DNA of 64,000 bases from Azolla caroliniana (Eukaryota > Plantae > Polypodiophyta). Below are positions 37,901 through 51,080 of this stretch, piece by piece. Below the pieces are notes generated by a model. The model was not told the origin of the DNA. It worked only from the letters and a program-made list of their open reading frames with translations, and ran no database searches. Each line of letters begins with the position of its first letter. Position 1 is the first letter of the stretch. Location: contig JBHGNT010000022.1 of assembly GCA_043228905.1 (NCBI GenBank), forward strand, positions 12,338,001 through 12,402,000, read 5' to 3'. Both the position numbers and the translations under genes were made by a program.

Positions 37901-40900
37901 AAATCCAATAATTGATCAAACATAGAAGGAAGAGTATTTCTTACAAGTTTTGCCATGCCAAAGTCTGCCAACTTCACAACACCATCTTGGTCCACAAGAA
38001 CATTGGCACATTTTATGTCCCTATAATATACATTCAAAGAAAGAAAGATGTATTAATGTCCCCTTAAGATTCCAGTGACTTGTGCGACGTGAACTGTATT
38101 TTGTAAATACAAAGGATTCAGAAATTTCTGTCTCATCAATAAAAACAAAACAACATTCCCGATACCATCTAAGCTGGGGTGGTATCGGAAAACAATACAG
38201 AGCTCGGAATCTAAATTTGCCAAATTAAACCAGTTATCTCAAACAAAGGCACCTATCATTGTATGAAACTCACTTAATGCCTTCATTGAATTCCAATCAT
38301 GTTAAAAACGCCATATAAACGAATCTAAGCTCCCTTTTTCCATATTGAAAACTCAATTTATGTGTATAAATTAGATTCATAATATTAATATTTACTCTGC
38401 TTTTTCTATGTGAATTACATTCATAATATTAAAATTTAGTATGCCACATCTTCTGACCATGACCATCAATTCAAGAGGTCGAATTCTAGAAAGAGTGGAG
38501 ATGTCTTCAACGTGACAACCATCAATAATTTCTACTTTCTGAAATAGACTACCAAAAGTAAATGTGTCAATGAAAATTGATAAAATATTTCTGTCAATAC
38601 AACATCCAACAGCGAAGGTAACAAAACCATTCCTGCATACAAAAACAGTATCTGGCAAACTAAGATACACGATATAACAACATAAACTTAAATATTGGTT
38701 ATAAAGTTTGCAACATTGACGTTTGACAAGTGTTTAAAGTTATTGCTAAGACCAGCTGAGAGATTGGAACATCACTAGATACAAGTCTATCTTCTCTTGT
38801 TACCACTGGCTTTTGGGAGCATTGACACAACTCTCAGGAGCTAGATATGAGGACATGGAATGAACTAATGCGGGGGTTGAGTACAAGGATGTCCTGAAAC
38901 CACCTTTTCCAAATCCCTGAGGATGGATTTATACTATGCCCAGGATATATTGGCAACCATCTCTCTCATGAATGGAGATGTGCCCCACTGTACAGATCCA
39001 CAACTCATCAAATCAGTTGGAGATAAGGGATTGGAACATATAGGGGTATACCTCCTCCCGAGCAGAGGATATATCAGGTATAGCAGGGCACGTGTATAGG
39101 CAGATTTATGACTTCTTCAAAAGGCCGTGCTAAGAGACCTCAGAACAAACGTAACCAGAAAATTTTGGAGGTATATGCTTGACTAAACAATTCATTTGGC
39201 CCACTCCAGATGCCAAGGATATATCGATCAACACAAAGAACACATCGCTCCCAAGGGGGGATACTTAGCATCAGTGCTTTAGATCGAGTACAATTCTCAA
39301 GGCACTTAACTACAGGTGAGGTTGATATGATACACATTAGTGTATGAGAGTGTTCATGGGCTTACCCACTCACATTCTACATCTCTTAAATATGTATGTA
39401 TTTTGTCATATATTTATTTTGCAGGTTGTACCATCTGAAATACTTGTAATCATGGTACCTATATTTACTATAGATCTTTTGTTTTCCAACTATAGAAACA
39501 ATTATATGGCTAGGGTGCCAAAAGAAGTACCTGTGAACAGTCTTTTTGTCATGCAGATACTCTAATCCTAGGAGAATCTGCCTCGTGTAACGCCGGATAA
39601 TTGGCTCTGGAAATTTACCCTCGAACTCATGAAGTAACTTGTATATAGAGCCTCCAGACACCAGTTCCAGGTATATGTACAAACTATTTCCAACCTGTGC
39701 ATATAAACACACATATAATATTTTTCCCATAGAAGATATTCATTATATTATATTCAATGTAAATATTATCAGGGGCAAAGCATTAGATCCAATAACCACT
39801 CCAGAACAGAAAACAATGAACAAAAGATACATCAACATCTCTAAAAGACCATAATGTCCTATGAACTCATAAATGCTAATTCGTAAAAAGACATGTACTG
39901 AAATGGCTATTTTGCTACCCTCTGGCAGCTGAAGGAAGAAAAGGCTATTCCAGCAATATATTCAAAGAACTTGCATATACATAGTACCATTGCAAAAGAT
40001 TGAGCATGATTCCCATGTGACTCACACTGGATGACATTGATGCCACATGATATCATTCTAGGAGAGAATTCATAGGCTGATCCACTCATGTTCTACCTCT
40101 CCGAGACATGTATTTACTTTGTAGACTGTATATCCTCCACATTGCTTGCACCTGTGATTCCTATATAATGAAATTGATTACAGCCTAATTACTTAGGGAA
40201 GCTACCTAGTTTAGGTATAACTTACTTCAGCTTTATTTTAGCAGACTTCTATAACATTCACAGTGATGTAACTTCTTGTCTCAGAAGTCATAATGACATT
40301 TTCAAGCTGTAAAAAATAATATTTCATTTCAAACACTATTATTATGTTGTTACTGCAGCACACATATCATCAATACAACTTATCACCTCACTTAATATAT
40401 ACAATTTATTTATTTCCAAAACTGTCATTTCTTAATGTAATATTCATATAAAAACACAAAAAAAAAAGAAAATGCTATCAGATAAAAACACATACATGCA
40501 TTACCCAAAATAAACAATAATATAAAACAAGTTGAGGCCAATAAGAAGATCTCAGAAAGAAAAAAAGAAAGATAGCTATACCATTAAGAGACCAAAATGG
40601 CCTATAAGACCAAACAAGAGATTAAATCTTCAAATGTCGTCTCGTCTTTAAGAACAACAAACCAAAATAAAGATAATTGAAGTTGAATCTAATTATCTAA
40701 GCACTTAAGATTCTGAAGTTAGATACACTAAAACTTCTTCCTTCCAGATGAGTTTACTTATCTATCTCAGAGGACTAGTCATTATAACCATGTAGTTATA
40801 TCGTGCTGGTCAAGATCATGCGGTGAGCCATTCATGCCAGGCAATGTAGGTTGTATTAAATTTCATCGCCTGCTGTTGCATGACATCCTTGAGATATCTT

Positions 40901-43900
40901 TTCTCCTTGTTTAGCTAGTTCTGAGCTAGCAAAAAACAGGGCTTACATCGACTATGCACAAAGTCCCTATCTAAACATGGCCAATGGGACAGTCATCCAC
41001 AACTAATGGACCTACTCCCCAACTTAATTGTCTCGTTTAATGAAGATTATATAATGTGCTGATAGCATACTCCTAAATTTACATGTACAAGAATCCAAGA
41101 CAAGTACACGTAGCTAGCCTTATTTGTATACCAATAAACCGTAGAACAATGCCCAAGCCATAGTTATCGAGATTGCAGCAAACTAGAGGATTGTCCACAA
41201 GGCTTAATAGGCTTCTTTGATTAAGGTTATGCTTATGCTCATAGCATCCATCGACCTCTCAATGCCAATTAAGTGTTGAATATAATCCAATAATATACAT
41301 GTATAAGAATATTATGGACAAAAGAAGCATAACGCAATCTTTAGAATAACCTTATGACTCATAACAATCTTCACCTTCACAATGAAATATGGAATCAACT
41401 TACCATTTCACTCCCTTTGTAGTGTAAAATATTGGGATGCCTCAAAGTATTTAGGACCGCAATTTCCTGAACATTGGCAATAAAGGGAATCCTTAGTCTA
41501 ACCAAAATGCTCATATCAACTTCAAAGCTGGAGCTGAAAACTTTTAAAACAATATAAACATACAATCTAGAAGAGATTTAAGCCATGATGATCAATAAAG
41601 TATAGGATGCACCAAAACCAATATGAGTATGCCTCTAGTTTACTCCCTAAAAGCAATGAGGAAGCTCGTATGCATTGCCTATATACATAGAAAAGTTATT
41701 TTGACCAAATGCATTCTCTACTCCAAGCCATTGACCAGTTTTCTGGGCTCTATGCACTTCAGACTAGTAGAAATTGGTAATTTAGAAAGCAAAACTTATC
41801 ACAAGTTTGAAGTTGAAAAACATTGCATTCTGCTAAAAGAAGCAACGAAATTAGGAATATATAAAGCTGGTGGAAAAGGCAGTGAGAATATTAAACTTCC
41901 ATTCTACCAAGCAGGTTCAGAAGTTTCAGATAAAGGGCAAGATGACTCTAACAATGGTGTGATCTCATATGTTTGCCTATGAATGCGACAATTTTGAATG
42001 CTTCCTTGTTATTAACTGCCTTCAACAGACTACAGCAGAGTATGCAACAATCTTATGTGTATTATAGCAGATGGACGCAGGTCAAATAGTGAGCACCCGC
42101 CAATATTTCCATGGTATATAACTGGTTGGATAATGAATTGATTGATACACATCTACCCCCAAAACTTGTTTTGAGAATGTATCAAATGGAGACATAACGT
42201 GGTAACCTAATGCCACCTAATAGCCCTGACAATAAATTTATGTTGGTTTGGTGTCATGATTTGTCTTTTGAAAACAGAGTTTGTATTAACTGTCGTGGCC
42301 CCAAACTTATTAAATGATGCCATCCCAGTTGGAAACAGGGAAAATGGAAATTATCGAAAATGGAGTAAAATATACATTCATATTTGGCAAATAAATGTAA
42401 TACAGACTCAACTTTAAAAGTATCTTACTTATGTAAAGATATTACACACACAATTATACGTAACATCTTTACATTTGTGTACGTAAGACACATTTAATGT
42501 TGAGTCTGTATTACATTTACCTGCCAAATATGAATGCATATTTTACTCCATTTTCTGTAATTTCCATTTATATATATGTATAATTTTTTATTTTGGATAC
42601 CAAAACCAAATAATTTTTCAGTTTTTGTGACTATTTTTGTGGTCTGAGAATGGATTCATGATCAGGCCACCTTATATGGACATACATCTATCCTATGCAT
42701 TGCGTAGTGTGATAGGGCAGCCGCGAACTTCATCACATCAGTTACAAATTAAGGTAGGCAGATATACACGACTACCTATAGAAGGGAGAATTTGCCAATT
42801 GTGCCATCAAGGAGTGGAATCCGAAGAACACTATGTTTGTCACTGTAGTGTCTTTTATGAAATCAGAGGGAGATACCATTGCCTCTTTAAACAAGGCTTT
42901 TGACCCACTACGCAAGGTAATGGAATATGAGGACCAACGGTGCCTAGGGCTTTTCTTGCTAGAGCTCAAGAGACGTCGGGAAAAGTCATTAAAGAATACA
43001 GCCACACAAGCTCATCCACAAAGAACAATAACAACTTTCTTTAGCCCCATCACTCCTACTAATGCTACAAGTCAATCACGGGATACACAAATGGGTTCCT
43101 GACCAGGACATAACAAAGGGATTTCAATTGGTTGGGCAATAACGATTTGCCGTGCACGTAGGCCCCAGCTCCATGGACCACGATCTCAACACCCTTGTCA
43201 TCGACAAATAAAAGCCATTATCTCCCGCCATCGCAGGTACATGTACATATACTTGTACTTACATGTACATATACATATACATGTACATGTACATGTATAT
43301 GTATATGTTATGTAAGTACAAGTATATGTACATGTAAGTACAAGTATATGTATATGTATATGTATATATGTGTTAAACATACAAACATGTCATTTTTTAA
43401 ATGTTTCAGCATTTATAGTGAAGCAATTGCTACCTGAGACAGTTGTTTCGCACTTTCTTGGGATCGTGGATCATCTCCAACAAGTTCCACTTCCTTTATT
43501 GCACACATATCTCCCGTCTCACTTCAAGATGTCAACAACAAGAAAAATGAAAATACACAAAAAATTCTCGTAAATTAAAGGGAAAAGAAAACATGATGAA
43601 GGATTTCATTTATTTATCATAAACACTTTTTCCCATATTCATTTCCTGGTGGTTGATGATCTACCTTGCCTACCTGTGAATGCCTTTGTAAACCTTCCCA
43701 AAAGATCCACTTCCAAGAAGGGCACCCTTTATCCATTTCCCATTACTTGTGTCACCTTTTCCAGGGCTTCGAGACCATATATTCGATGGCGATGGTGCAT
43801 CAAATCTACCCGAATCATCATACCTGCTCAGGTTCATCGATGAAGGAGCAGTTGAACGAGGAGATCTTTGCAAATCCGGAGGCGGAGGCAGTGGATGTGC

Positions 43901-45786
43901 ATGCGAATGATGTGGATCATCATATAACCACGGATCTGGACTGACATTATTCATCCTTTTTGGACTTGAAAGAGGACTCCTTCTTGGACTTTGAAGAGGG
44001 GTTTTATGTGGACTTGCTAATCTAGGACTAGCAAGTGGAGTTCTCCTTGGACTTTCCGAAGGAGTTTTGTATGGACTCAAAAGTTTAGGACTTGAAAGCT
44101 GGCTTCCTGGGGTTTCCAAAGAAGCCCTATGAAGACTTTCTAGTGTAGTTTTTTCCTGTATCCATACATGATCATCTAGAACTTTTTTAGGCCTGGCTCT
44201 GCTGATATCGTGATAAGAAGAAATTGACACGTTTGGACTTCTTATTGGGCTGGTTGGCATACTGCTGAGAACGGCTGTGCGCGTACGCGTGTTATTAATT
44301 TGATGACGTGAAGAAAACCCTGTCACTCCTATCTTTGATGGCTGGATAGCCATGGCTCTTGGTGTTACCTGATCACTCCCATAGCCTACTTTTCCATTCT
44401 TTTCTCGGTCAGTCATATGGTTTGCTTTGCTGAAATATTTACACGTTTGCATTGCTTCAATATAGAAGAAATTGGGATCATCTCCTTCAAAACGTGATAT
44501 GCACAGTTAAAGGTTCTTCATGCAAAAACAATGGATAGAAGTTTGTTATGCATACATAACTATATTATTAATATGAATCAGTGAAGGTTACAAAAGGCCC
44601 ATTTTCCATGTAGTGTGAATAGCTACAATAAACACATACTGAACTTGGAATGGATACGTTAGGGGGCTGTTGTCCTACTGTACATTCTTCCATGTTCAGA
44701 ACACAATAACCTTAGAGTGTATATAAAGGTTTGGTAGCCCAATTGTACACTCTTCTACGGCCAGTTTTCAGAGTCATTGTGTTCAAACCATTGCTATTAG
44801 CATCATATGCATAGTGGGTTTATCTCTATGGCTTCATGGAACCCTATTGAAGAACATTTTTACAGGTGTAGTGCTCATTAATTATTCATGAGAACTTCAT
44901 TTTATTGAAATTATTTATTCAGAGAAATCTCAATCTTTAACAGTTTTTATTCCATACATCTTCTAACTTAGAGGCATGTGAACCTTCAGTTCTAAGACTT
45001 AAAGGTTGTTTTTGATAATGCAAGTAAACATTAAAATATTAGACTGTTTTTTTTTCGAAACACTAGTGTTACATAACAGAAGCCAATGAAATGATTGAGA
45101 TGAGTTTTCCCTTACTCTGAACTGTTATCCAGGTGAGGTGATATTAAAACATTCAGTGTCTTCATCGGTATCGACTGAGCTTGCGATACGAATACTGAAG
45201 CCTGATTCTCTTCCAGTTTTCGACTGACCAAATATGATCCATTGTCTTGTACATCACTTTCCGGGGAAGTACTCATGCCCAAGGTTGTAAGGCAATCGAA
45301 CGATGCGCAATCACTCCGTCGAGGCCCCTGGAGATCATTCCGGCTTTCACTAGTGCCTTAAAAAACATTGAATTCGACATTAACCCCAACATCATATCCA
45401 CCATTGAATTCAACCTTGAATTCACCATCAAATTCACCATTAAACCCACTCACTCACCGTTACCATTAAAGTCACTCACCATTAAACTTGCTGACGTCGA
45501 AATCGTAGCCATTTCTTCTCGGAGAGGAGGGCTCTGACACCGAGGGCAAGCGATCGAGCCGTGCTTGAGCATGTGTACTGTGGGGGAAAGGAGAAAGGAA
45601 ATCGGAGGTGTCAAGTTGTTTCAGGTGCCGCCTAAAATTTCGGGACCGAATGAGACGTGGGTTCCCAGAACTCAAATCATGAATTTCATCATGCTCAACT
45701 TTCTTGTCCAAAGAACTTCCAGAAGCTTCTTTGCTCCCTTTCTTCTTCCCATCCTTCAAAGGTAGCTTAGGAAACCAGGATAACAT
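28940..45786 (-). CDS. MAP kinase kinase kinase, MEKK group of YODA / MAPKKK3-5 type
   Basis: Exons (minus): 45786-45480, 45356-45116, [junction unresolved, possibly one extra small exon], ~44485-43674, 43521-43434, 41466-41404, 39694-39531, 38020-37945, 37504-37445, 37367-37257, 29852-29658, 29477-29392, 29216-28940. Kinase motifs [57 protein letters not shown]-terminal MLSWF..K and HPLPPPP typical of this clade. Confidence 0.9.
29981..30171 (+). repeat. 5' LTR (191 bp, TG...TA termini)
   Basis: Starts TGTTGAGAAT, ends ATTTCTTTA. Contains CAAC(G/A)GCTAG repeats and TATA-like TTTATAAAG. Confidence 0.95.
30172..30183 (+). promoter_or_regulatory. Primer-binding site complementary to initiator tRNA-Met
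   Basis: TGGTATCAGAGC directly after the 5' LTR. Followed by three copies of CCTCTGCA(A/G)AACCCTAGATCT in the leader. Confidence 0.92.
30346..34811 (+). pseudogene. Copia gag-pol polyprotein, intact except one frameshift near the end of RNase H
   Basis: First in-frame ATG 30346. Zinc knuckle [14 protein letters not shown], protease WIIDSGAS, integrase [52 protein letters not shown], RNase H YCDSDWA/EAEY/CDNKSA. Frameshift at ~34635; the shifted frame continues [11 protein letters not shown]...VADCLTKG to TGA at 34809-34811. Confidence 0.93.
34810..34818 (+). promoter_or_regulatory. Polypurine tract
   Basis: GAGGGGGAG immediately before the 3' LTR. Confidence 0.9.
34819..35009 (+). repeat. 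3' LTR (191 bp)
   Basis: No mismatch to the 5' LTR seen on manual comparison. Followed by TSD GTGTT. Confidence 0.95.
42126..42635. repeat. Intronic dispersed repeat containing a long hairpin (arms ~42342-42445 / ~42460-42569); second copy at 60094-60480
   Basis: AAATGGAAATTA...GGAGTAAAATATACATTCATATTTGGCA...AATACAGACTCAAC pairs with GTTGAGTCTGTATTACA...TGCCAAATATGAATGCATATTTTACTCC...TAATTTCCATTT. Confidence 0.85.
42636..43375 (+). mobile_element. RTEX/L2-like non-LTR retrotransposon 3' fragment followed by a TACATG/TATG-type tract
   Basis: Translates [45 protein letters not shown], the R.SSH.L.IE.GRY..R.C..C..E.E.H...C C-terminal motif of RTEX-like ORF2. Alternating purine-pyrimidine tract at 43236-43375. 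Confidence 0.7.
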
Positions 45787-46179
45787 TGGGAGTGCATCTA
45801 GGTTGGATATAAAAGTATATGTGTGTGTGTGTGTGTGTGCGCTTCTGTGTCCGTCTTCTGTTCGAGTATGCAAATTTATTTAGCAGATTTATTATCTTTG
45901 TCGCTGACCAAATATATACAGAAAAAAGGGTATGGATAGTAAAGTTTTTTATGTGCAAAATAAATGCCGAGGGGAACAAAATATGTGGATCAATTCGACA
46001 CAAAGCTATGTAATTAACAGCTGAAGCGCGGATCTACGTATTTCTCTCTCTATATAAATACATATGTCTAATGAAATACAGAATGGATGGGAGTAGAAAG
46101 ACCTGGGAACAAGAAAAATCTGAGGAAAGATGATTGGTATGGAGCTTCTCTTTTCCTCTTCCCTTCTTCTTTCTTTTTT

Positions 46180-46182
<3 letters not shown>

Positions 46183-46217
<35 letters not shown>

Positions 46218-46489
46218 AGCTGTGTCTCTACGTTGGGCGACTTGACGAGGGGGGCCTTGAGTAAAAAGCAAACGACCAGTCTCTGACCAGTCTCTACACA
46301 GACAGTGGGAAGAAGAAACAGGGGAAATCAGAATACATACATACATACATACATACATACAGATATACCATACATTTATACATACACTATACATTTATAT
46401 ATACATTCAATAATATATATACACATTTATATATTTATATATATGTGTGTGTGTACATTTATATATATATATATATATGTACGTAACAT

Positions 46490-46525
<36 letters not shown>
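46183..46525. repeat. Microsatellite cluster (CT)n, (CATA)n, (TA)n, (TTTA)n in the MAP3K 5' leader/promoter
   Basis: Direct reading. A further (CATA)n block lies at 47004-47110. Confidence 0.9.
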
Positions 46526-46528
<3 letters not shown>

Positions 46529-46571
46529 TGTATATATATAGATATAATTTTGACTCTTGCATCTCCGTTGC

Positions 46572-46928
46572 AAGCAATCCACAATGGTTCGGTTTCGGCT
46601 TAACTGGTTTGCCCTTGTCCAAACCAAACCGGTTTGGGAGTTTCCGAACTTGAACCGAACCGGTTCCTAAACTCCCAACCCCGTTTTAAGGCGTAACCGG
46701 TTTGGCTAGACCGATTTGCCTTAATCGGTCCAGGACCCGGTTTCGCCAAGCCGATTAAGCCTTGACCGGTTTGGACCATAAGGGTTTCGATTCGGCTTGA
46801 GCCATCCTAAATCGAGCTCAAACTAGTTAAGGAAGGTAAAGCCTAAACTGAATCGAACTGCCAAAATCGTTTTAAAAAACGGTTGAACGATTCGGTTCAG
46901 GCTTGAGCCAAGCCATTGCCAACCCCTA
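46572..46928. mobile_element. hAT-like MITE upstream of the MAP3K
   Basis: Dense AACCG/CGGTT subterminal motifs. Right end GCCAACCCCTA (TAGGGGTTGGC on the minus strand). Related to 24263-24620. No TSD recognised. Confidence 0.6.
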
Positions 46929-48479
46929 CCCAGCAACCCCCCAAAATGATGTTGTTGCTACTGCTAAGCCTAACCTAGTGAGTGAGTGAGAGGCCCAAAG
47001 GACACATACATACATACATACATACATACATACATACATACATACGTAAGTACATGCATGCATGCATGCGTGCATACATACCTACATACATACATACATA
47101 CATACATACATGCTAATGCTGCATCCACAACTCCCTGTCCATCAGCTCCAAAGATCTCCAACAATCCCCCCCACCCCATATCATGCCATGCCTGCCCATT
47201 AGGTTCCAACATCCCTACAAGATGCTATGATAGCAATAACCACATTCAAACATGTGCCCATCCATTAGCTTGCCCTCGATTCCAACCCACGTCAGACCTC
47301 GAGAAAAAACAACCTTCTTTTTTTGTTTTCCAGTAGTTGATCTGGAAAACCTGCAGTCGATCCCTTCGCTTGTATTTTTTCTAATATTGACCCACTTTCT
47401 TGTCTACACGCTTCATTTCGTGAAGGTCTAGTTTCCACAAAGAATTTAGAAGCGTAGAGTTTTTTTTTTCAACTTTACACATAAGCACTGACTTTACATT
47501 GTCAAAGTTTGCTTGTAGCCCAGACATGCAAGCTGACTAACCTTATTATTAGTTAGGTGAGAGTCATTGGCCCACATTTGATGTCTTAAATTAAATTCTT
47601 TCAAATCGCTAACCAAATTTTAATGTAAATAGAGACGATATCTCCACCTTTCGTGGACCAACTTTCACCGTTGTTTGTATGATCAAGCAAATCACTTACT
47701 CCTTGATTCATTGCAAACATTAAATGATGTTGGTGACCTAATCTTGTATTGTCCTTTGATCGCATTTTTTTTCAACATTGTAGGCCACAATGAATCTCAC
47801 AATTATGTTTAGAAATCTCCCTCCCAAGAAAATCATGTCCAAACTATGTTGAGTCCTAGAGTCGGATCTAATGTTTTTGTGTTGAGATGGTTGCATGTAT
47901 TCTCATATGGTCATGCATATTTGGGAATGTGCTTGTGCTTTGTACATGTTTGGTTTTCTGTGTCTCTATTAGGATTCCATGTATCTGAGAGAAAGAGAGA
48001 TGCATGTCTAAAGTAGAAAGCGAAATGTAAATGTGTAAGCACATGTTTTTGGCCTAGAAAATGGGGGTTTGCATGAAGCCCATTGTACAAGAGAATAGTA
48101 TCAGTAGATGAAATTGTTTCACTCATTTTTACAAGAGGAGCCTTGGTGAAATGGTAGCGTTGTTGCTCCTACATGTATAATGAGATTGTAGCTCAAATCC
48201 TAGTTGTGTAGTGAATCTCGAAAGTTGTTTAAAAGATAATAAACTATCTTGTTAATTTTGTGGAATATCATGATTATTTGGTACATTGAGTGATTGAATT
48301 CAACTTGTATTGATGATATTGTTTTTATCTCAATTTGCACATAATTGTTTGATAATCTTGAAAATCAAATGTAATTTTTCTATTTCTACACTCGTTTTAA
48401 CACCTTGGGACAACTTCTATGACAACCATAAATATGACTTTATATATTCTAGTCATACCTTGTAGCATATGTAGATTGC

Positions 48480-50330
48480 CACCATCTAAAGAACCCTCGG
48501 TAAGCCTCAATCAATTAGCATCTCTAAGTCTTTGGTTCCACTTAGTTTGTTTTCTTTTTCCAGAAAAACATATCCTTCCATTAGTTTTAAAAAACATATC
48601 AGCTACAAAATACAAATTTATGGAATGGAAGTGATTGTCCTTCCCAACAATATATTATTCAGATATATTACTCCAAGCATTATGCTCTCTTTCTCCAACC
48701 TTCATGATAATTCCAAAGCTCTACAATTGTATCCATTATCTACATAGCCACCGATCATGGTGTTCCAAGATACAATATCTTTTAAGAAAAGATTATCAAA
48801 CATCTTGTAGGCATCCTCAAGACTACTACCTCTTGCATACCTGTAGGCTATCAACAAGAGTGTTTCCAAGTGTTGAGCCCACCTCAAAGCCTAGCTCCAC
48901 AACCTCAAAATGGATGATTTTGCCACTATCTAGTGCTCTTGCGCTCAAGCATGCTTTAAGAAGGTTCACTAGCGTGACTTAGTTTTGCCTTGTTCCATGA
49001 TTCTTCATCTTTACGTAAACAATTAGTGCTTCATCTCCACATCCATATGAAGTGAGACCTGAAATTAATGCAGACCAAGCCACAACATCGTTAACAAACA
49101 AAAATTTGACTATAGTTCGAGCATCATCTAATCTACCACATTTTCTGTACATGTCAACAAGTATATTTGCAACAAATCTATTGATGGAAGCCCAATCTTT
49201 TTTGAACCGGCATGTGTTAATTTCCCTTTCTCTAGGGTCTCTAGATTTGCACAAGCTTTGAGAACTGCTACAAATATGAATCTATTAGCTTGTATACCTT
49301 CCTCCCTCATGTTGTCATATAGATGAAGAGCTTTCTCATCATTTCCATGTTCTTGATACCTTGCAATAACAATATACCAAGAAACTACATTTCTAACTCT
49401 CAGCCCATCAAACAGTTTATATGCATCTGATAAACTTCCACATGTTGCATCCATATAAACTAGAATGCTTCCAATGAGCACATCCAAGATGATACCTAGT
49501 TGAGTATTGCAATTTGGTAGTAGGATTCAATTTTCAAGGTGTTGCTTGAGTACATGGTCCTTCATTTTTAACCCTCACAAATTGGTAGAAAAATTCACTG
49601 TCAAATTGCTGCTTAAGTATATGGTCTTGCATCTTTCACTGTAGCAATGTGGTAAGGATTCAGTATGCAAATCACAGTCTAACCTCACCTTGTTAGCATC
49701 AGATTGCATTGCAACAAATTTCTTTTCTGGGACACATTAGCATACCCTTCCCTGTCAAGTGCTTTAGTTTTCAGACATTGTGAGCTCGTCGTAATTGTAG
49801 TTTACCTTATCCACAAACAATATGATTTTCCTTCAACATCATCTTTAACATCACTTTTACGAACACAACCATTTTGCAGTTATGAAACCAATACTTCTTT
49901 GATTTTCGAATGTGCTTGAGACAAGACCAAAACTAATTGTGGCAAATAAAAAACCATAATTCTAGCACACTAGATATTTCATGTAAATAGATTTCATAAA
50001 TGTCTCCGCATAAACAAACTTCCCCCCCCCCCCCCCCCCCCTAAAAAGATACGCCTTAGTATTATGAAATCATAAGAAATACAAAAGTTGTGTTGGATAA
50101 ACAAATATACCAACCGATTCCCTTGTACTCTCATCATAGCCGATTTGTTGAGCATAGCCAACAATAAGGGTTGACCAAGCAAACACATTTCGAAGATGAA
50201 GGTATTCCAATACTTTTCTTGCTTTCTCAAGCATACCATAGGTAACATACATATGAACCAAAGCAGTGGCAATAAAACATTATTCTCCAACAATTTCCTT
50301 TTCATGACCTCATCATGAATCTAGAGCATT
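48480..50330 (-). pseudogene. Degraded PLS-class PPR gene fragment(s)
   Basis: Frameshifted motifs GSLSDAYKLFDGLRVRNVVSWY..I, ILVDMYRKCGRLDDA...DVVAWSALISG, SLEDAYKMFDNL..KDIVSWNTMIGGY, GMLEKARKVL...RNVFAWSTLIVGY. Confidence 0.85.
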
Positions 50331-50426
50331 CCGCGATATAACATTTCGGGTTGGCAACTTTTTGACTTTAACTACATAAACAAACTTTAACTTCCTGAAT
50401 CTGACTTTTCACATCCAGAACAATGT

Positions 50427-51080
50427 TCACATTTTCACCAGAACTTTATTTGGTCCCTTCACATCCAATCTCCCTCCAACATACATATTTGACAAAGAAA
50501 TGTAAGGTGCCGCATCTCCAGGTTCCATGTTCATGGCATGATTCATTGCAAACAATCCTTTGATACCATCACCATGTGCCTTGCACGCACCAAGAAAAGT
50601 GTTCCAGACTTGAGCATCTGGCATTATAGGCCTACTAAAAATAAGGTCTTCTGCCTCAACTAACTTTCCAAATCATCCGAAAAGATCGATCCTACAACCA
50701 TCGAGTTCAATGCTTGACAAAATTCGAAAATTTATAACCCTTGTCTCAGACCAATCAAAGCCTTCTTCCAATAAGGCTTCATGAATGCATGCGGAAAATA
50801 CGCTCACAAAGGTGACTCAATCAGGTACAATCATTTGGACCTTCTACATATGTCAGAATAACCAAAGTGTTTCCTTTGCATTGCCCCGTTGAGCATATGC
50901 GGCAATTATTGCATTCCATGTGACTTGATTCCGTTGCTCAGTTTTCTGGAAAATTATATGAGCAACCTCTAAAGATCCACATTTCCCATACATATTGAGA
51001 AGTGAATTGAAAATAAAAAGTTCCAATTCGAGATCAGTTTCTACCACAATTTGCTCAAGCTTTTTAACAAACAAACACTC
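50427..51080 (-). pseudogene. Degraded PLS-class PPR C-terminal fragment with E domain
   Basis: NSLLNMYGKCGSLEVAHIIF...QVTWNAIIAAYAQRG then, after stops/frameshifts, MPDAQVWNTFLGACKAHGD...EPGDAAPYISLSNMY (E1/E2 motif). Confidence 0.85.
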
